Assembly (NCBI GenBank): GCA_041640595.1
Contig: JBEPZY010000003.1
Coordinates: forward strand, 116,773-180,772
Source of the DNA: Gemmatales bacterium
Lineage (GTDB): Bacteria > Planctomycetota > Planctomycetia > Gemmatales > HRBIN36
Direction of reading: 5' to 3'
Length of the DNA stretch: 64,000 nt
The position numbers and the translations under genes were made by a program. Shown piece by piece: positions 61,743-64,000 of this stretch; positions within the stretch are counted from its first letter, which is position 1, and the number at the start of each line of letters is the position of its first letter. The notes below the pieces were generated by a model that worked only from the letters and a program-made list of their open reading frames with translations, searched no databases and was not told the DNA's origin.

Positions 61743-63068
61743 CTAGCCCACCAGTTCCCGGACCGGTTTGCCTGTTGGCACCAGCTCAATGGGTCGGCCA
61801 TCGTAAGAGCGGTACCAGCGGTCTAAAGGCACACCCAGGGCGTAGTAAATCGTAGCGGCCAGGTCCTGAGGCGTTACCGGGCTATCCACAATGTATTCGC
61901 CCAGAGCATTGGTGCGACCGACGATGACTCCGGTCTTCACTCCACCGCCGCCGATGCAAACCACCGAGGCAGTTCCCCAGTGATCACGCCCTGCCGATGA
62001 ATTGATTTTCGGTGTCCGGCCAAAATCGCCCATCCAGACCACCAGCGTACTGTCCAACAGCCCGCGTGCTTTCAGGTCACGCAGCAGGGCTGAGTAACCC
62101 TGGTCAATACGCGGCAGCAATCGCTCCTTCAAGCTGCGGAAGTTGTTCTGATGCGTATCCCAGCCGCCATCGGTGATGGTGACGAAATGCACCCCCGCCT
62201 CGATGAGCCGACGTGCCAGCAGGCACGACTGCCCAAAGGTGTTCCGCCCGTATTCATCGCGGAGCTTGTCCGGTTCCTGGCTCAGATCAAATGCCTTCTT
62301 GGCGGCCGGTGAGGTGATCAGACTGAACGCCTTCTCCCAGAACGCATCGCGGGTCTGTACCACGCCTGCTGCTTCTTCCTGCACCTGGCGCTGGAACTGT
62401 TCCAGAGTTTGCAGCATTCGCTGTCGGCGGGTCAAACGTTGCTCATCCAGACCGGGTGGCGGCGTCAAATCGCGAACGCGGAAATTCGGAGAATTCGGGT
62501 CCTCCAGCACTTCAAACGGGTTGTACTGGTCGCCGAGAAATCCGGCGATCCCGCCTCCAAATCGCCTGTCCACGTACCGATTCAACTGCACAAACGGGAA
62601 CATGCCATTCTTGTAGCCCCGCTCTTTCGCAATGACCGAACCGTAGCACGGATAAATCAGAGACGGATTGAATCGATGCCCGGACATCATCAGATGGTCG
62701 GCCACGCCGTGGCTGGAGTTTTGCGGGTCGCAGCTGCGAATCACACTGAACTTGTCCAATTCTCTGGCCAGCTTCGGCAGATGTTCGCAGAACTTTACAC
62801 CGGGGATGGTCGTATCCACCACGCCAAATTCGCCGCGAATCTCCGGCGGTGCCTCCGGTTTTGGATCGAACGTGTCAATATGACTGGGGCCTCCCTGCAT
62901 CCACATGAGAATGCAGCTGACCGTCTTGCGGTCGCGCCCGCCCTGGGCCTGAGCACGCAGCCATTCCGGGAGCGTCAACGCGAACGCCGACAGGCCGCCA
63001 ATCTCCAGAAACTGACGACGATTCAGCAGTTCGCAATCCCGCGTTGTTCCGACCGGCAACTTCAGCAT
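61743..63068 (-). CDS. DUF1501 family protein
   Basis: RRQFL, GGPSHIDTFDPKP, LLARRLIEAGV, WDTH, GDFGRTP, GRDHW. Confidence 0.93.
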   Translation of the reverse strand: MLKLPVGTTRDCELLNRRQFLEIGGLSAFALTLPEWLRAQAQGGRDRKTVSCILMWMQGGPSHIDTFDPKPEAPPEIRGEFGVVDTTIPGVKFCEHLPKLARELDKFSVIRSCDPQNSSHGVADHLMMSGHRFNPSLIYPCYGSVIAKERGYKNGMFPFVQLNRYVDRRFGGGIAGFLGDQYNPFEVLEDPNSPNFRVRDLTPPPGLDEQRLTRRQRMLQTLEQFQRQVQEEAAGVVQTRDAFWEKAFSLITSPAAKKAFDLSQEPDKLRDEYGRNTFGQSCLLARRLIEAGVHFVTITDGGWDTHQNNFRSLKERLLPRIDQGYSALLRDLKARGLLDSTLVVWMGDFGRTPKINSSAGRDHWGTASVVCIGGGGVKTGVIVGRTNALGEYIVDSPVTPQDLAATIYYALGVPLDRWYRSYDGRPIELVPTGKPVRELVG

Positions 63069-63368
63069 GGCAGGTCTCCTCTGGCAGGTCTATTGCGGTG
63101 GGAAATAGTTGGCAGGCTACTGCAATTATAATAATCGCCCGTTTGAGCGTCCAGAGAAAAAAGTTTCCGCACGCCTCCGTTGGCAAATCACTTTTCACAT
63201 GCTGACCCTGGCAATGTTCCAAGCCGCACCACCCTTCGTTTCCGTCCCTGCCTTCGGTCTTAAACAACGGCTTCCGGAAAGTCACAGGCCCAGTTTGGCC
63301 AGGCGTTACCGAACGTCCATCAGGCTCAGCCAGTTGGCCACCAGATACGTTTGCAACCCGGGGGCCGG

Positions 63369-63477
63369 CTTTCGTCCACGCTCAACGTCCCTGGCAGCGG
63401 CGACTATGTCCTTGTTAGTAATCGCCACGGCGTTGGTGCCGATTTCGTCCACGCTCAAAACACATGGCAGGAGCAAG
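63369..63477 (-). CRISPR. Degenerate CRISPR-like mini-array H: two 36-bp repeats, 37-bp spacer
   Basis: Minus-strand GTCGCCGCTGCCAGGGACGTTGAGCGTGGACGAAAG (63369-63404) and CTTGCTCCTGCCATGTGTTTTGAGCGTGGACGAAAT (63442-63477). Confidence 0.5.
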
Positions 63478-63687
63478 CCTCGCGCGCTCTGGCTTACGTC
63501 CAGCTATCCGGATCACCGGCTATCCGCAACCTGAAGGGACTGCCCGGCGACGATGAGTGTTGCAGCCCGACTTTCCGATTACCTGATAACCAGATGCAGG
63601 CGTAGCGGTGCCCCGTAACCAGCACACGGTCGGCTCGGCCAACTTTTGCAAACGTCCTCCGGTGCAGGTGAAAACTTGTACCGAGCT

Positions 63688-64000
63688 TCAAGCCACTGTC
63701 CCAAGCCCGATTCCCACGCTGTCCAGCCCGGGAATCGCTCCTGTTCGCTCTAAACTGACAGCCTCGGGTCGAATGGCCTGGAAAGCCTCGAATAACGTCC
63801 GCAATACTTGCAAGGCACCAGCAAGTGAGTCCACCCGGCGTTGTTCCAGAACGTGCAGCACAAACTCGTACAAACGCCAGCATAACCAGCCCGGCTCGCT
63901 GCTTTCGGGATACACGCCACTAAGCAACGCGCCCACCAGCAACCGCCCACGTTGCCATAATGCTTCCGTTTGGGCTTCGCGTTGTGCCTGATCGCCCTGC
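63688..64000 (-). CDS. 3' part of a small helical protein, possibly FliS-like (runs off the window)
   Basis: Open frame ..LLVGALLSGV..LCWRLYEFVLHVL..ALQVLRTLFEAFQAIRPEAVSLERTGAIP*. Confidence 0.5.
   Translation of the reverse strand, partial: QGDQAQREAQTEALWQRGRLLVGALLSGVYPESSEPGWLCWRLYEFVLHVLEQRRVDSLAGALQVLRTLFEAFQAIRPEAVSLERTGAIPGLDSVGIGLGTVA

Overview
GC-rich bacterial chromosome window, most likely a planctomycete (Gemmatales-like). This is inferred from DUF1501, DUF1080, a TPR-RpoA-CTD protein, a WD40 Ser/Thr kinase and the ExbB/ExbD/ExbD cluster. Housekeeping and planctomycete-typical genes are present: hflX, serA, prkA-yeaH-spoVR, dnaA, lptB, an aldehyde:ferredoxin oxidoreductase and tRNA(CAU). 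Accessory content comprises a fluoride-riboswitch operon without crcB/eriC, an orphan CdiA-CT tip plus CdiI cassette between 34-bp direct repeats, a three-module GT41 (SPINDLY/OGT-like) glycosyltransferase, a 2.7-kb REP/BIME-like mosaic, a 66-bp tandem repeat and two copies of an IS4-like MITE. The most striking signal is about a dozen short intergenic repeat-spacer-repeat loci with CRISPR geometry (28-38 bp repeats, mostly 36-42 bp unique spacers). Almost every locus has a different repeat, and no cas gene is in the window. Four loci are packed next to the tRNA; one is clearly split by a MITE and a second possibly so. All alignments were done by eye; no database searches were run.
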